NCBI GenBank assembly: GCA_018817165.1 | Contig: JAHITY010000128.1 | Location: 5,161-69,160 of the forward strand | Length of the DNA stretch: 64,000 bases | Source: Candidatus Omnitrophota bacterium | Lineage (GTDB): Bacteria; Omnitrophota; Gorgyraeia; B26-G9 | Reading direction: 5' to 3' | Shown here: piece by piece, positions 18,088-28,128 of the stretch | Layout: the number at the start of each line of letters is the position of its first letter | Numbering within the stretch: position 1 is the first letter of the stretch | The notes under the pieces: generated by a model | Told to the model about the DNA's origin: nothing | Databases searched by the model: none | The model's input: the letters and a program-made list of their open reading frames with translations, nothing else | Translations under genes and position numbers: made by a program

Positions 18088-18609
18088 TTGGAAAATATTA
18101 TGTATCTAGAAATTGCGTATATTGTTTTAGGAATTGTTTTATTAATGCTGGGACGTAAATTATTCTGGTTGTTTGCGGGTATGACTGGGTTTGTAATTGG
18201 GATTGAATATGCCGGGTTATTATTACCCGGGAAATCAGATAAAGTTGTCTTAATAGCCGCGCTTATTTGTGCAATTATCGGACTTATTCTTGCTTTTGTT
18301 GTTCAGAAAATAGGATTGGCAATAGCGGGTTTTTTAGCGGGCGGATATGTTTCTTTGATGCTTATAAAAGAATTAGGTTTTCAGATTGCTTGGCTTCCTT
18401 GGGTTATATTTATTTCAGGCGGAATTCTGGGTATAATTCTGATTCTCGTGGTATTTGACTGGGCATTAATTATTTTATCATCATTTATTGGGGCTTTTCT
18501 TATTATTCAATCAACTGGGTTTAATTTATATTTAACAAAAATATTATTTGTGATTTTAACCTCTATCGGTATCATAACACAAATAACACATCATAAAGAA
18601 AAAGCCTGA
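18088..18609 (+). CDS. Hypothetical integral membrane protein (about 5 TM helices)
   Basis: 173 aa composed almost entirely of hydrophobic Gly-rich helices. SD GGAGG-like upstream. Confidence 0.45.
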   Translation: MENIMYLEIAYIVLGIVLLMLGRKLFWLFAGMTGFVIGIEYAGLLLPGKSDKVVLIAALICAIIGLILAFVVQKIGLAIAGFLAGGYVSLMLIKELGFQIAWLPWVIFISGGILGIILILVVFDWALIILSSFIGAFLIIQSTGFNLYLTKILFVILTSIGIITQITHHKEKA

Positions 18610-18625
18610 GGGTAAGAGCAGGTTT

Positions 18626-19444
18626 TTGGGGATCTGGGGGATTGTGAAAAAAAAAGTAGTAATCGTAATAATTGTTTTTCTGAATTTTTTACAAAATTGT
18701 ATTGCCAGTGAAGTGCAAATTCCGCGATTAGAATTATCCAGCGAAATATCTCAGATATCTTATAAAGAGCCTGGAGTGATGAAACAGTCAGGAAATATGT
18801 CTGGTCTTTCAGTGGCATATACATATTTTGACGATATAGTTATCAGATTTGAAACTCGTTTAACTTCCGGACAAGTTGATTACTCTTCGATCAATACAGG
18901 TAGTATGGAGTCGATAGAGGATATTCTTTTTGAATTTCGGGCCATTACGGGCTTTAATATTTCTCCGGATGAAGAATGTATTATTCTGCCTTATTTTGGT
19001 TATGGGTATCGCTATCTAGAGGATGATTCTCAGGGCAGGGTTACCAGTACTGGCCACCTTGGATATAAAAGAGAAGCTAATTATTATTATTCACCGATTG
19101 GGCTTTGCATAATAAAAGATAAAGGCAATGGTTTTGTCCTTCAGGCAAATTTGGAATATGACCTTTTTTTACAGGGGATTCAAAAAAGTTATTTGAGCGA
19201 TGCCATCCCTTCAAGAAGCGATCTGGAAAATAAACAAAAAAATGGTTATGGTTACAGAGCTTCGCTTAAAATCAAAAAACAGCAGAAATGTTTTGATATT
19301 AGCATCGAGCCATATATGATTTATTGGAATATTGGGCAGTCAGAATCAGCGGATATAAGCGATTCAGGGATAATCCAAGGTTTTGGATATGAGCCGAAAA
19401 ACTATTCTACTGAATATGGGCTGCGGGTGGCTTTTAATTTTTAA
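18626..19444 (+). CDS. Putative outer-membrane beta-barrel protein
   Basis: N-terminal signal-like segment, alternating amphipathic strands rich in Y/G, and a C-terminal ...YGLRVAFNF ending in Phe, as in OMP C-terminal signatures. Confidence 0.45.
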   Translation: MGIWGIVKKKVVIVIIVFLNFLQNCIASEVQIPRLELSSEISQISYKEPGVMKQSGNMSGLSVAYTYFDDIVIRFETRLTSGQVDYSSINTGSMESIEDILFEFRAITGFNISPDEECIILPYFGYGYRYLEDDSQGRVTSTGHLGYKREANYYYSPIGLCIIKDKGNGFVLQANLEYDLFLQGIQKSYLSDAIPSRSDLENKQKNGYGYRASLKIKKQQKCFDISIEPYMIYWNIGQSESADISDSGIIQGFGYEPKNYSTEYGLRVAFNF

Positions 19445-19657
19445 AATAATAATTCACTTTCAATCTTAAGTTGAAGTTAAAAATTTAAGCAAAGGACTTT
19501 ATTAGCGCAAAGAAAAACAATACTTCCAGTAAAAGATGAGCTTGAGACAGTGATTAATATGGGCACAAGTTTATTATCTGGCGAGATAGGAACCGAAAAT
19601 TAAATTTGAGAAAAAAGATATCTGCTGAGCAATAAAAACAGATAATAAATATCTAAT

Positions 19658-19690
19658 CAAAAGCTCTGTATTTTTGCAGAGCTTTTTTTT
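19658..19690. terminator. Bidirectional intrinsic terminator between convergent genes
   Basis: AAAAGCTCTG-TATTTTTG-CAGAGCTTTTTTTT. Confidence 0.7.
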
Positions 19691-20702
19691 ATATGGAGTG
19701 GTCTATGTTTTTATTATTAATTATTCCAGGGAGTATTGGTTTTATTTTTTGTCTTGTGTTAGGAAAAGGTGTTTCTTTGTCTGTTAAGTCATCTAACTTA
19801 GTTTCATTTAAAAGTAGATTGGTAAGATATATTGTATAATGTACAGCTAGTTTTTGGTTAAGCATATATTGAGGGCTTGTTGCTATGGTAATTGCTTTTG
19901 CATTTTTGCATAAACCAGCAAAGCGTTTTAATTCCAAATAGGCTTCTTTAGGCGTTAACCCTGCTAAAGCATCAAGATCTACGCATATTAAGCCAAAGTC
20001 CATATCTTCAGGGATGATGGATGTTTCACTCATAATAACTTTTTTAATTGTTTCTGAACTTTTCCAGGTGACGAATAGTTGATTTGCTTTTTTGCTATAG
20101 CGTGTATCCATTAGGTATGAATTATGCGCATCAATTATTTTGCTAGCGAAAGCAGGAATAAGAAAGCCGGATTCCTTCGCAGTAAATGATAGGTCAAATA
20201 CGTTTTTAACTGATTGCTTGTTTGAGATTGGTTTATTTGCTTTTTCTTGGATTAGGGTATCAAGATGCGCATCAATATGAAGAAATTTTTCGTTATAAGA
20301 AATTATTCCTTCTTTAAGCATTTTCCACCAAAAAGGAAGTACTTTATGCTCGTCATCCATTATAAAAAGACGGCGTCCGTTTGATAAGTTGATTTCAACA
20401 TTAATTTTTAAACCGATTATTTCCTCAGATTGTGAGCCATTGAAATTTCTATAAGTGATAATATCGGGTGCGATGTCAGATAATCTCCCGTTTTCTTGCC
20501 ATTTCATAATAATTGCTTCTTCTTGAGAAATTGAAGGGATAAAATAAGGGAAAAGATTGCGTAAGTCATTAAGCGCTATGGATAATCTTGGTGAAAGTGT
20601 AGAGCAATCAAAACCATTTGTTTGGGCAAAGGCAATATTCGATATTAGTAATATATTGACAAAAAAAATCAATAAAGATTTATAATTAATCAAAGTTATC
20701 AA
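19689..20702 (-). CDS. Secreted arginase/deacetylase-fold-like hydrolase (UPF0489-like), tentative
   Basis: Signal peptide. HIDAHLD, which resembles the arginase-family DAHxD motif, plus CVDLDAL. No full signature set is visible. Confidence 0.3.
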   Translation of the reverse strand: MITLINYKSLLIFFVNILLISNIAFAQTNGFDCSTLSPRLSIALNDLRNLFPYFIPSISQEEAIIMKWQENGRLSDIAPDIITYRNFNGSQSEEIIGLKINVEINLSNGRRLFIMDDEHKVLPFWWKMLKEGIISYNEKFLHIDAHLDTLIQEKANKPISNKQSVKNVFDLSFTAKESGFLIPAFASKIIDAHNSYLMDTRYSKKANQLFVTWKSSETIKKVIMSETSIIPEDMDFGLICVDLDALAGLTPKEAYLELKRFAGLCKNAKAITIATSPQYMLNQKLAVHYTIYLTNLLLNETKLDDLTDKETPFPNTRQKIKPILPGIINNKNIDHSI

Positions 20703-21006
20703 ATCCTTTCTAAATATTTATAAGTACCATTTAAATAAAGTGTTAAATTATACCATGCGCATTGTTTACCTGCAAATTCATTTTTAGAAAAGTTAAAGTT
20801 TTTCTGGTTAAAAACTTTAACTTTTGTTATAATAAATCACATGAAATATCTCACAAATTGTATGATAGTAATTGTTTGCCTGTTAGTAACACAATTAGCT
20901 TTTGGTAGTGAATTCAAGTCAAACAAAGAGTTTATAGAATTGCCCTTAAATTCTGCCTTTTTATATTATTTCAGTAGGTTATCCTCAACAAAACTAAAAA
21001 TAAAAT

Positions 21007-21954
21007 ATGATAAATAAACAAGCTTTAGAAGCAATATTTAAAGGATCAATAAAATTAAAACCTCAAGAATCTTGCTTGATTATTGCCGATACTGAGAAAG
21101 AATCTATTGGCCGTGATTTTTTTAAGTTTGCCCAGAAAATTACAGCGAATGCTAAATTAATGATCATGCAGCCAACGCTTGAACATGGAGTAGAGCCGCC
21201 TGATGATATTGCCGCGCAAATGCTGGGATATGATGTTCAATTTCTGATTACCAGTAAATCTCTCTCGCACACTAAAGCAAGAAGACAGGCAACACTAAAT
21301 GGTGCGCGCATCGCGTCAATGCCCACAGTAACAGAGGATATTATTAATCGCTGTTGTGATATTGATTATGATTTATTGAAACTAAATTCACAGAACCTAT
21401 ATCAGATTTTGCAAGCAGCATCTACTTTACATGTGCTGACAAAATTAGGTACAGATATAAAGTTTACAATTGGTAAAAATAAATGGTTTGGTGAAAATGG
21501 AGGTAGTTTTGATTTTCCCGGAGCTTTTGGAAATCTGCCTGAAGGAGAGGTTTCTTTTGCTCCGGTTGATTGCAATGGGCAATATGTGGTGGATGTTTCA
21601 TTTCCTGGTTTGGGAATTCTAGACTCCCCGATAACTTTTAAAGTAAGAAATGGTTTTGCCTATGAAATTACTGGTAAAGGCAGCGAACAAATAATCAAAA
21701 GGCTTGATTCTGTTGGGGTTAAGGCTTATAAAATAGCTGAATTAGGCATTGGGCTGAATCCTAAGGCAAAAGTCATTGGATTGGTCTTGGAAGATGAAAA
21801 AGTCTGCGGGACAATACATATTGCTTTGGGCAATAATATGTCCTATGGGCAGGATAATGATGTTCCCTTGCATTTAGATGGAGTTATCAGTGCGCCAAAT
21901 ATTTATGCGGACGGGCAATTAATCATGAAAAATGGTAAACTTATAATTGGGTAG
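21007..21954 (+). CDS. Aminopeptidase-like protein, M29 (AmpS/PepS) family-like, short form
   Basis: The C-terminal blocks GTIHIALGNN...DVPLHLDGVISAP resemble the M29 motifs HLAIGxxY...DVHVDFMIG. 315 aa. Confidence 0.45.
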   Translation: MINKQALEAIFKGSIKLKPQESCLIIADTEKESIGRDFFKFAQKITANAKLMIMQPTLEHGVEPPDDIAAQMLGYDVQFLITSKSLSHTKARRQATLNGARIASMPTVTEDIINRCCDIDYDLLKLNSQNLYQILQAASTLHVLTKLGTDIKFTIGKNKWFGENGGSFDFPGAFGNLPEGEVSFAPVDCNGQYVVDVSFPGLGILDSPITFKVRNGFAYEITGKGSEQIIKRLDSVGVKAYKIAELGIGLNPKAKVIGLVLEDEKVCGTIHIALGNNMSYGQDNDVPLHLDGVISAPNIYADGQLIMKNGKLIIG

Positions 21955-22006
21955 AGATGCAAGTATGATATGCTGTATATAGTTACATCTTTAGGTGAAA
22001 AGATAA

Positions 22007-22276
22007 ATGAAAAATAGATTAGATGCTAAAGGGAAAATGGAGTATCCCTGTAAATGGCTGTATAAAGTAATTGGGGCTGACCGGGATAAAGTGGAAAAAG
22101 CTTTGATAGAAATCATTGCGTTGGATAAACAAAATCTAAAGATGATGTTTTCTAATATAAGTAAAAATGGCAATTATCTTGCTTTTAATGTTGAAATAAA
22201 AGTAGAAAACGAAGAGCAAAGAGACTTAATTTATAGTAAATTAAAGAAACATCCAGATATTAAGGCAGTGCTTTAG
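22007..22276 (+). CDS. YbeD/UPF0250 (DUF493) family protein
   Basis: 89 aa. The pattern YPCKWLYKVIG...SKNGNYLAFNVEI...LIYSKL...IKAVL matches FPxxYKVxG...SxxGxYxS..V.I...LY..L....VL of YbeD. Confidence 0.65.
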   Translation: MKNRLDAKGKMEYPCKWLYKVIGADRDKVEKALIEIIALDKQNLKMMFSNISKNGNYLAFNVEIKVENEEQRDLIYSKLKKHPDIKAVL

Positions 22277-22344
22277 GATTAAAAATAAAATTTAATTATT
22301 TTAATGCTTAAGTTTAAGAAAATAATAAATTTAGGATAAATCAG

Positions 22345-22743
22345 ATGAGAAAAAAAGCATTTACTTTAATTGAGGTTTTGATTGCAACCGTGGTAATAGT
22401 GATATCATTATTAGGATCGCTTTCTTTGTTTAATCAGGGAACCGCTTTGGTCTCAAATATTAAAGAAGATTCTGTTGTAACATATGCTTTACAGGAACAG
22501 ATGGAGCTTATTCGCCGGACAAGCTTTGATGCTATTATTACTAATTATCCAGTGGCTACAAATTTTAATACCGCTGGTTTCGCTGCTTTAATTAGTCCTG
22601 TGGGTATAGTTACTCTAGATTATCCGTTTGCTAATAATCAGATTGTTAGGGTAACGCTAAGGTTATCATGGCAGTCGGCAAACAACAGAACAATGACTAA
22701 AAGTATTGCAACTTATGTAACAAAAGGTGGCATAGGGGGTTAA
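22345..22743 (+). CDS. Prepilin-type N-terminal cleavage/methylation domain protein (minor pseudopilin)
   Basis: MRKKAFTLIEVLIATVVI, the class III signal FTLIE motif. Confidence 0.75.
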   Translation: MRKKAFTLIEVLIATVVIVISLLGSLSLFNQGTALVSNIKEDSVVTYALQEQMELIRRTSFDAIITNYPVATNFNTAGFAALISPVGIVTLDYPFANNQIVRVTLRLSWQSANNRTMTKSIATYVTKGGIGG

Positions 22744-22754
22744 GGTTTATTTAG

Positions 22755-23336
22755 ATGAGAAAAGTTTGGAAAAACATGAGAAAATCTAAAAAAATATCAG
22801 GATTTACTTTAGTAGAGGTTTTAGTTGCCGTAGCGATAACATCTATTTTCGCGGGTGTGATAACCGGTGTGTTTATTAGCGCAAGGAATGCGTTTATATC
22901 TAATAGTGCTGCGCTTGAGGTGCACGGTGCTAATCGATTGGCTATGGATTGGATTGTGCGGGATATAAAATGGGCAAACCAAACAGTTCCTTCTGTAACA
23001 ATCAGCGGAACTACTTATACAACCGGTATAAATCGATTGGTTCTTAGTGTCCCGGGAATAGATGCTAGCGGAGATATTATCGAAGGGGTATTTGATGCGG
23101 TTGTATATGCTCTCAATGGAACAGATTTAATCAGAGTTGTTAGCCCTAATGCAGTCAGCGGCAGCGGCAGTAACCGTTTGGCAAGTAATTATACGATTGC
23201 CAATAATGTTAATATGCTGCAGTTTGCTTTAAATGCGGATAATATTGGGATTACGGTAAATACGCGACGTACTGTTTTGAATTCTCGAGTTTTGAGTGAT
23301 ACCTTAACCACAGCAGTTTCTTTTAGAAATGAGTAA
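22755..23336 (+). CDS. Prepilin-type N-terminal cleavage/methylation domain protein (minor pseudopilin)
   Basis: KISGFTLVEVLVAVAITSIFAGV. Confidence 0.75.
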   Translation: MRKVWKNMRKSKKISGFTLVEVLVAVAITSIFAGVITGVFISARNAFISNSAALEVHGANRLAMDWIVRDIKWANQTVPSVTISGTTYTTGINRLVLSVPGIDASGDIIEGVFDAVVYALNGTDLIRVVSPNAVSGSGSNRLASNYTIANNVNMLQFALNADNIGITVNTRRTVLNSRVLSDTLTTAVSFRNE

Positions 23337-23420
23337 TAATAATTAATTTTAAAATAATTGAGACTGGTATGTTTATATTTTAAATCGGTATTGGATACAG
23401 GTCAATTGTGAGGTAAATGC

Positions 23421-24674
23421 ATGAAAAAGCAGAGAAAGAAAAATTCAGGCAGTGCGCTTTTTTTTGGTCTGATGATTGTGGTTGTTATGGCTGTCTTAAG
23501 CTCTGTATTTTTATCCATGGTTCTAACTGAAATGAAAAACACCGAACGTTCTAATTCAGCAGCCAATGCGCTGAGTGTCGCGGAGGCCGGCATTGAATTC
23601 GCGATTTGGGAGGTTATGCACGACGGGGCTGATTATGCAGCGGCTGATGGCTGGACAGCGCAAGCGGTTCCGACAACTAATCGGGCATTTCTTTTGGATA
23701 ATGCGGGAAACCGAATCGGTGAATATAGTGTAAACATCACAAATACTGGGATTTTTACCATAGAATGTAGAGCCGGAGTGCCTGATCTTACTAATCCTAG
23801 CTCAGACAGACAAATAGTAAAGGTTACATTAAAGTCCGAGCCGCTTTTTAAAAAGAGCATACTCGCAGTAGATAAGATAGAACTGGATAATGGAGTATTA
23901 ATCGATAGTTATGATAGCGGACCACTTGGCGATCAGCCTTATGGCGGGGCTAATGTATTGTCCAATGGGGATATTGGCACAGAATCGACAGGCAATGATG
24001 ATATAAAAATCGGAGATACTGTTTTGGTTAAAGGTGATGCCTATGTAGGGGTTGGGGGAAATCCTACGGATGTTATTGATTATTCCGGTACTGGTTCGAT
24101 AACCGGATCAGAGTTGATATCCAGTGAAGCGGCTAATTTTCCCAGCGTTGTCGCTCCAGTAGGTTTGCCGAATGAAGGAGATTTAAATGTAATGTTTGGA
24201 ACAAAAACAATTTCAAGTAGTGGGCAGTATAATAAGATTACTGTTGCCGCTTTTGGCAAACTGGTGATTGATAGTGATTGTACAATATATGTAGATAAGC
24301 TTAATGTGGTTGCTTTTTCTAAGATTGAGATACAGAATGATGCAAAGGTAAATATAATTGTGGAGGATCATTTCAATGTGGTTGCTTTTGCGGCACTAGA
24401 TAATCTTAGCGGAGATACCGCGAATCTCGCTGTTTACGCAATGGACTCAACAAATAAGATAAATTTACTTGGGGCTGTTAGTATAGATGGTACTGTTTAT
24501 GCCCCTAATTCAGATTTTAAGCTAGGGGCGTTGGCGGTTTTTAGGGGAGCCGTAATGGCAAAGAAGGTTGAGATTGAGAATTGGGCGGCAATTCATTTTG
24601 ATGAATCATTAATGACCAGAACAACTGCTCCGAATAGTGGAAAAGTCGAAGTGTCTCATTGGCAGACAAAATAA
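23421..24674 (+). CDS. PilX-like N-terminal domain protein (large minor pilin / pilus tip-associated)
   Basis: N-terminus SALFFGLMIVVVMAVLSSVFLSMVLTEMKNTE...ALSVAEAGIEFAIWEV resembles PilX_N. 417 aa, beta-rich C-terminus. Confidence 0.5.
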   Translation: MKKQRKKNSGSALFFGLMIVVVMAVLSSVFLSMVLTEMKNTERSNSAANALSVAEAGIEFAIWEVMHDGADYAAADGWTAQAVPTTNRAFLLDNAGNRIGEYSVNITNTGIFTIECRAGVPDLTNPSSDRQIVKVTLKSEPLFKKSILAVDKIELDNGVLIDSYDSGPLGDQPYGGANVLSNGDIGTESTGNDDIKIGDTVLVKGDAYVGVGGNPTDVIDYSGTGSITGSELISSEAANFPSVVAPVGLPNEGDLNVMFGTKTISSSGQYNKITVAAFGKLVIDSDCTIYVDKLNVVAFSKIEIQNDAKVNIIVEDHFNVVAFAALDNLSGDTANLAVYAMDSTNKINLLGAVSIDGTVYAPNSDFKLGALAVFRGAVMAKKVEIENWAAIHFDESLMTRTTAPNSGKVEVSHWQTK

Positions 24675-24753
24675 AAATGTTACTATACTATAGGTATAGA
24701 AAGATAAATATAGTAATTAGAAGAAACCTAGAATTTCTTTAGGTTTATTTTTT

Positions 24754-25299
24754 ATGCTAAAAGGAGAAATTATGATTATAAAAAATACAATTAGAACATT
24801 GGTATTATGTTTGGCTGTAATTATTTTTTCTTCCGGATATATGGTTTATGCTCAAGAGCCTACAGAACAGATCAAGCTTGGGTTAACAAATATCAGTGCT
24901 CGCGAATTTAATCCTAAAAAAGACAAAGAAATAGTATTTAGCGGAGAAATGGCTTATCTTACAAGATCAGGGGTTTTTGATGCTCCGGAAGTGAAAGCGC
25001 AGATCAGTGAGCTAGGCATAGATTTAGCTGTGGAATTAACAATTCAGCCTACAGATAGTATGCTCCCTGAAGAGTATAGGCATCTATTTAAGCATTGGGA
25101 ATTTAGGGTAAGTTGGGATGGGATAGGCAAAGATACGCTTCCAGCCGATTTTGGCCGTTATCAATGTATTATTTCAGCAAAAATTTTAAAAAAAGACACA
25201 ATTACTGAAACAGGAGAAGATGGCAATCCGAAGGAAGTTGTGCAAGAAACAGAATCAAGCGATTCGATTACTGTGCCATTTATTCTTAAAGAAGATTGA
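24754..25299 (+). CDS. Hypothetical secreted protein
   Basis: Signal peptide. No recognisable family. Confidence 0.35.
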   Translation: MLKGEIMIIKNTIRTLVLCLAVIIFSSGYMVYAQEPTEQIKLGLTNISAREFNPKKDKEIVFSGEMAYLTRSGVFDAPEVKAQISELGIDLAVELTIQPTDSMLPEEYRHLFKHWEFRVSWDGIGKDTLPADFGRYQCIISAKILKKDTITETGEDGNPKEVVQETESSDSITVPFILKED

Positions 25300-25342
25300 T
25301 CGATAAATATTTAAATATTATAAAAAGGCAGAGCAAGGTATC

Positions 25343-25693
25343 ATGAGTGAGAGAAAAACAGGTAATTTATTCTCCGATATTCCGGAGATTTTTTCTGAAG
25401 AAATTTTTAATCCTATTTTTGAAGATAATAGTTTAAAAATAGAAAGAATCGTTTCCCAGGGGCATTGCACCGCTAAAAATCAATGGCTTGAACAGGGCAG
25501 GGATGAATGGGTGGTAGTGATTAAGGGAAATGCGAGATTATTATTTAAAGAACCATCCCAGATAGTTGAATTAAAACCAGGAGATTATCTATTAATTAAA
25601 GCCGATACACAGCATCGGGTTGAATGGACTGATCCTAAACAAAAGACTGTGTGGTTAGCTGTTCATGGAACACCTAAGCAAAGCAATACTTAA
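25343..25693 (+). CDS. Cupin domain protein
   Basis: 116 aa. GDYLLIKADTQHRVEW, a cupin motif-2-like block. Confidence 0.45.
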   Translation: MSERKTGNLFSDIPEIFSEEIFNPIFEDNSLKIERIVSQGHCTAKNQWLEQGRDEWVVVIKGNARLLFKEPSQIVELKPGDYLLIKADTQHRVEWTDPKQKTVWLAVHGTPKQSNT

Positions 25694-25703
25694 GAAAGGA
25701 AGC

Positions 25704-26489
25704 ATGAAGGCATCAGATCTATTGGAAAAGGTCAGGTCGCAAAAACCGCTGATCCATCATATAACAAACTGGGTGACAATTTATGATTGTGCTAATATTG
25801 TTAAGGTTTTGGGGGCATCCCCGGTTATGGCACATGCGCCTGAGGAAGTTTCTGAGATGACCGGGATTGCTTCAGCCTTGGTATTAAATATCGGGACATT
25901 AACTGCGGAGTTGATTTGTTCGATGAAAATAGCGGCTTTAGCAGCGAATAAAAAAAACATACCGGTTGTGTTGGATGTATGCGGTGCTGGTGCCACAAAA
26001 TTCCGGGATGATAAAATAGTTGAATTGCTTGACCAGACGAAGATTAATATTATTAAAGGTAATGCTTCGGAAATCGCTCGGGTCGCGGGCATGGATGTGA
26101 ACACTAAAGGCGTAGATTCCGGGAAAGTAGATACTGATTTAACTTTGCTTGCCCAGAAGTTAGCTGAGCAAAGGGATTGCACTGTAGTGATCACCGGAAA
26201 AGTGGATATTATTACCAGTAAGAATAAAAATTTTAAAGTAAAAAATGGTAATGAAATAATGAGTCATGTTGTCGGTACCGGATGTATGGCTGCTTCAGTT
26301 ATTGGAACATTTGCTGCTGTGGGTGATGATTTAGCCGAAGCTGCTTGCGCTGGTCTTTGTGTTTATGCAATAGCGGCAGAACAAGCAGTTAAATTAGCAT
26401 CAGGCCCCGGGACTTTTAAACAAAGATTATTTGATTGTCTATTCTGCTTGGATTCAGCTACGGTTGATGCTAAGCAAAGGATTGAATAA
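25704..26489 (+). CDS. thiM: Hydroxyethylthiazole kinase
   Basis: PLIHHITNWVTIYDCANIVKVLGASPVMAH. The ORF track starts at 25665 and overlaps the cupin gene. ATG 25704 has SD AAGAAAGGAAG. Confidence 0.85.
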   Translation: MKASDLLEKVRSQKPLIHHITNWVTIYDCANIVKVLGASPVMAHAPEEVSEMTGIASALVLNIGTLTAELICSMKIAALAANKKNIPVVLDVCGAGATKFRDDKIVELLDQTKINIIKGNASEIARVAGMDVNTKGVDSGKVDTDLTLLAQKLAEQRDCTVVITGKVDIITSKNKNFKVKNGNEIMSHVVGTGCMAASVIGTFAAVGDDLAEAACAGLCVYAIAAEQAVKLASGPGTFKQRLFDCLFCLDSATVDAKQRIE

Positions 26490-27089
26490 ATGCAGGGTTT
26501 TTATTTTATTACTGATGATGCTTTAAGCGTTAACGGGAGTATCAGCGATGTAAAAGCCGCGGTTAAGGCTGGGGTTAAATTTATCCAGTATCGCAGTAAA
26601 AATCAATCTGTGAGAAATATGTACAGGCAAGCCAGGGAATTAAAGCAGACCGCTAAAGGGTCGATATTTATAGTTAATGACAGAATTGATATCGCATTGG
26701 CTGTAGGGGCAGATGGTGTTCACTTAGGTCAGGATGATATGCCCTGTGATTTAGCAAGAAAAATCCTCGGGCCAGATAAAATTATTGGCATTAGTATTCA
26801 TAATAAAGAGCAGGCTCTTTTGGCGCTCAAGCAAGGAGCAAACTATATTGGTATTGGAGCAATATTTCCTACTAATACTAAATCTGACGCCGATGTCTTG
26901 GGTCTAGAGATGATTGAGCAGGTAGCAAAGATTGTCTCGCTTCCGATTGTGGCAATAGGCGGTATTAATTTGGGCAATGTTAAACAAGTCAAAGCTGCCG
27001 GAGCGGATGCAGTGTGCGCAATATCTTCGGTAGTTACAAAACAGGATGTTGCTATGGAAATTTCAAAATTCCAAGAATTGTTAAAATGA
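26490..27089 (+). CDS. thiE: Thiamine-phosphate synthase
   Basis: GADGVHLGQDD, IGISIHN, IGIGAIFPTNTK, VAIGGIN. Confidence 0.88.
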   Translation: MQGFYFITDDALSVNGSISDVKAAVKAGVKFIQYRSKNQSVRNMYRQARELKQTAKGSIFIVNDRIDIALAVGADGVHLGQDDMPCDLARKILGPDKIIGISIHNKEQALLALKQGANYIGIGAIFPTNTKSDADVLGLEMIEQVAKIVSLPIVAIGGINLGNVKQVKAAGADAVCAISSVVTKQDVAMEISKFQELLK

Positions 27090-27643
27090 AAAAATTATTA
27101 AATACGACATTAGATCAAATTGAGTTCGCGGTTGTTGATTTAGAAACAACCGGATTTTGTTCAAAGCGGGATTGTGTTATTGAGGTTGCCGCGGTTAAAA
27201 TAAAAAGCGGGGAGATTACAGAACATTATCAATCTTTAATTTATGCTGAGCATATCCCTTATCATGCGACGCGGGTACATGGGATAGATATGCGGATGAT
27301 CGAAGATGCTCCCTCTTTAAATGTAGTTAGGAATGATTTTCGTGAGTTTACTTCGGGATGTGTTCTGGTGGGGCATAATATTAAGTCATTTGACATGCCT
27401 TTTTTATGCAATGCATTTGAGGTTGAGGAAAATACTGTTTGTGTTGATACTTTAAAGTTATCCAGATTTTTGTTTGCTAAGGAACGTACGCATAAATTAT
27501 CAGTAGTGGCACAAAGACTGGGGATAAAAAGTGATAGATATCATAGGGCATTAGATGATACACTAGTAACCGCGCATATTTTTCTTGAGTTTTTAAAAAT
27601 AGGCAGCAGCCAGTTTAAGGTTTTAAAAGATATTATTGCTTGA
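27086..27643 (+). CDS. DEDDh 3'-5' exonuclease (DNA polymerase III epsilon-like)
   Basis: Exo I FAVVDLETTG, Exo II VGHNIKSFDMPFL, Exo III YHRALDDTLVTAHIF. ATGA overlap with the thiE stop. The ORF track start 27014 lies inside thiE. Confidence 0.8.
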   Translation: MKKLLNTTLDQIEFAVVDLETTGFCSKRDCVIEVAAVKIKSGEITEHYQSLIYAEHIPYHATRVHGIDMRMIEDAPSLNVVRNDFREFTSGCVLVGHNIKSFDMPFLCNAFEVEENTVCVDTLKLSRFLFAKERTHKLSVVAQRLGIKSDRYHRALDDTLVTAHIFLEFLKIGSSQFKVLKDIIA

Positions 27644-27684
27644 TTAACAATAAAATATTATAATAACCTTCAGGAGGGAGCACT

Positions 27685-28107
27685 ATGAAGCAGGGATTAA
27701 AAGTAGCATTTTTTATGGTTTTATGCAGCGGGTTTTGCGGTTTGGCGGTTCAAGGTTATGCTCAGCAGTCAGACAAAGAAATAGCAAAGAATCAAGTTGA
27801 ACAGGTTAAAAGAGAATTGGAAGATGTGAGCAATGAAGTAGCGGCTGCTGATTCGGAGAATGAAGCAGAATATCTAGAATCGCAATCTCAAGCGCAGAAG
27901 GATGCTGAGTTAGCTCAGCAGCAGATAGATAGCGAAATAGAAGCATTGCAGGAACAGACAAATCAAGATTCTGCGCAGCTAAGAGAATCATTTACCAAAG
28001 AAGAAGAGGCAAATATAAAGCAAGCTATGCAGGAATTTGAGTTGCAGACTTTAGAACTAGAAGAACAAGCGCAGATAATAGAATCAGATAATTTAGATCA
28101 AGAGTAA
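27685..28107 (+). CDS. Hypothetical secreted acidic Q/E-rich coiled-coil protein
   Basis: Signal peptide. Low-complexity E/Q-rich sequence. Confidence 0.35.
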   Translation: MKQGLKVAFFMVLCSGFCGLAVQGYAQQSDKEIAKNQVEQVKRELEDVSNEVAAADSENEAEYLESQSQAQKDAELAQQQIDSEIEALQEQTNQDSAQLRESFTKEEEANIKQAMQEFELQTLELEEQAQIIESDNLDQE

Positions 28108-28128
28108 ACAAAGAGTATAATATTTAAA

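Noticed and set aside
18267-18458. 63-aa + strand ORF overlapping the membrane-protein gene in another frame
   Set aside because: It is internal to the 18088..18609 CDS, Cys/Arg-rich, and has no SD.
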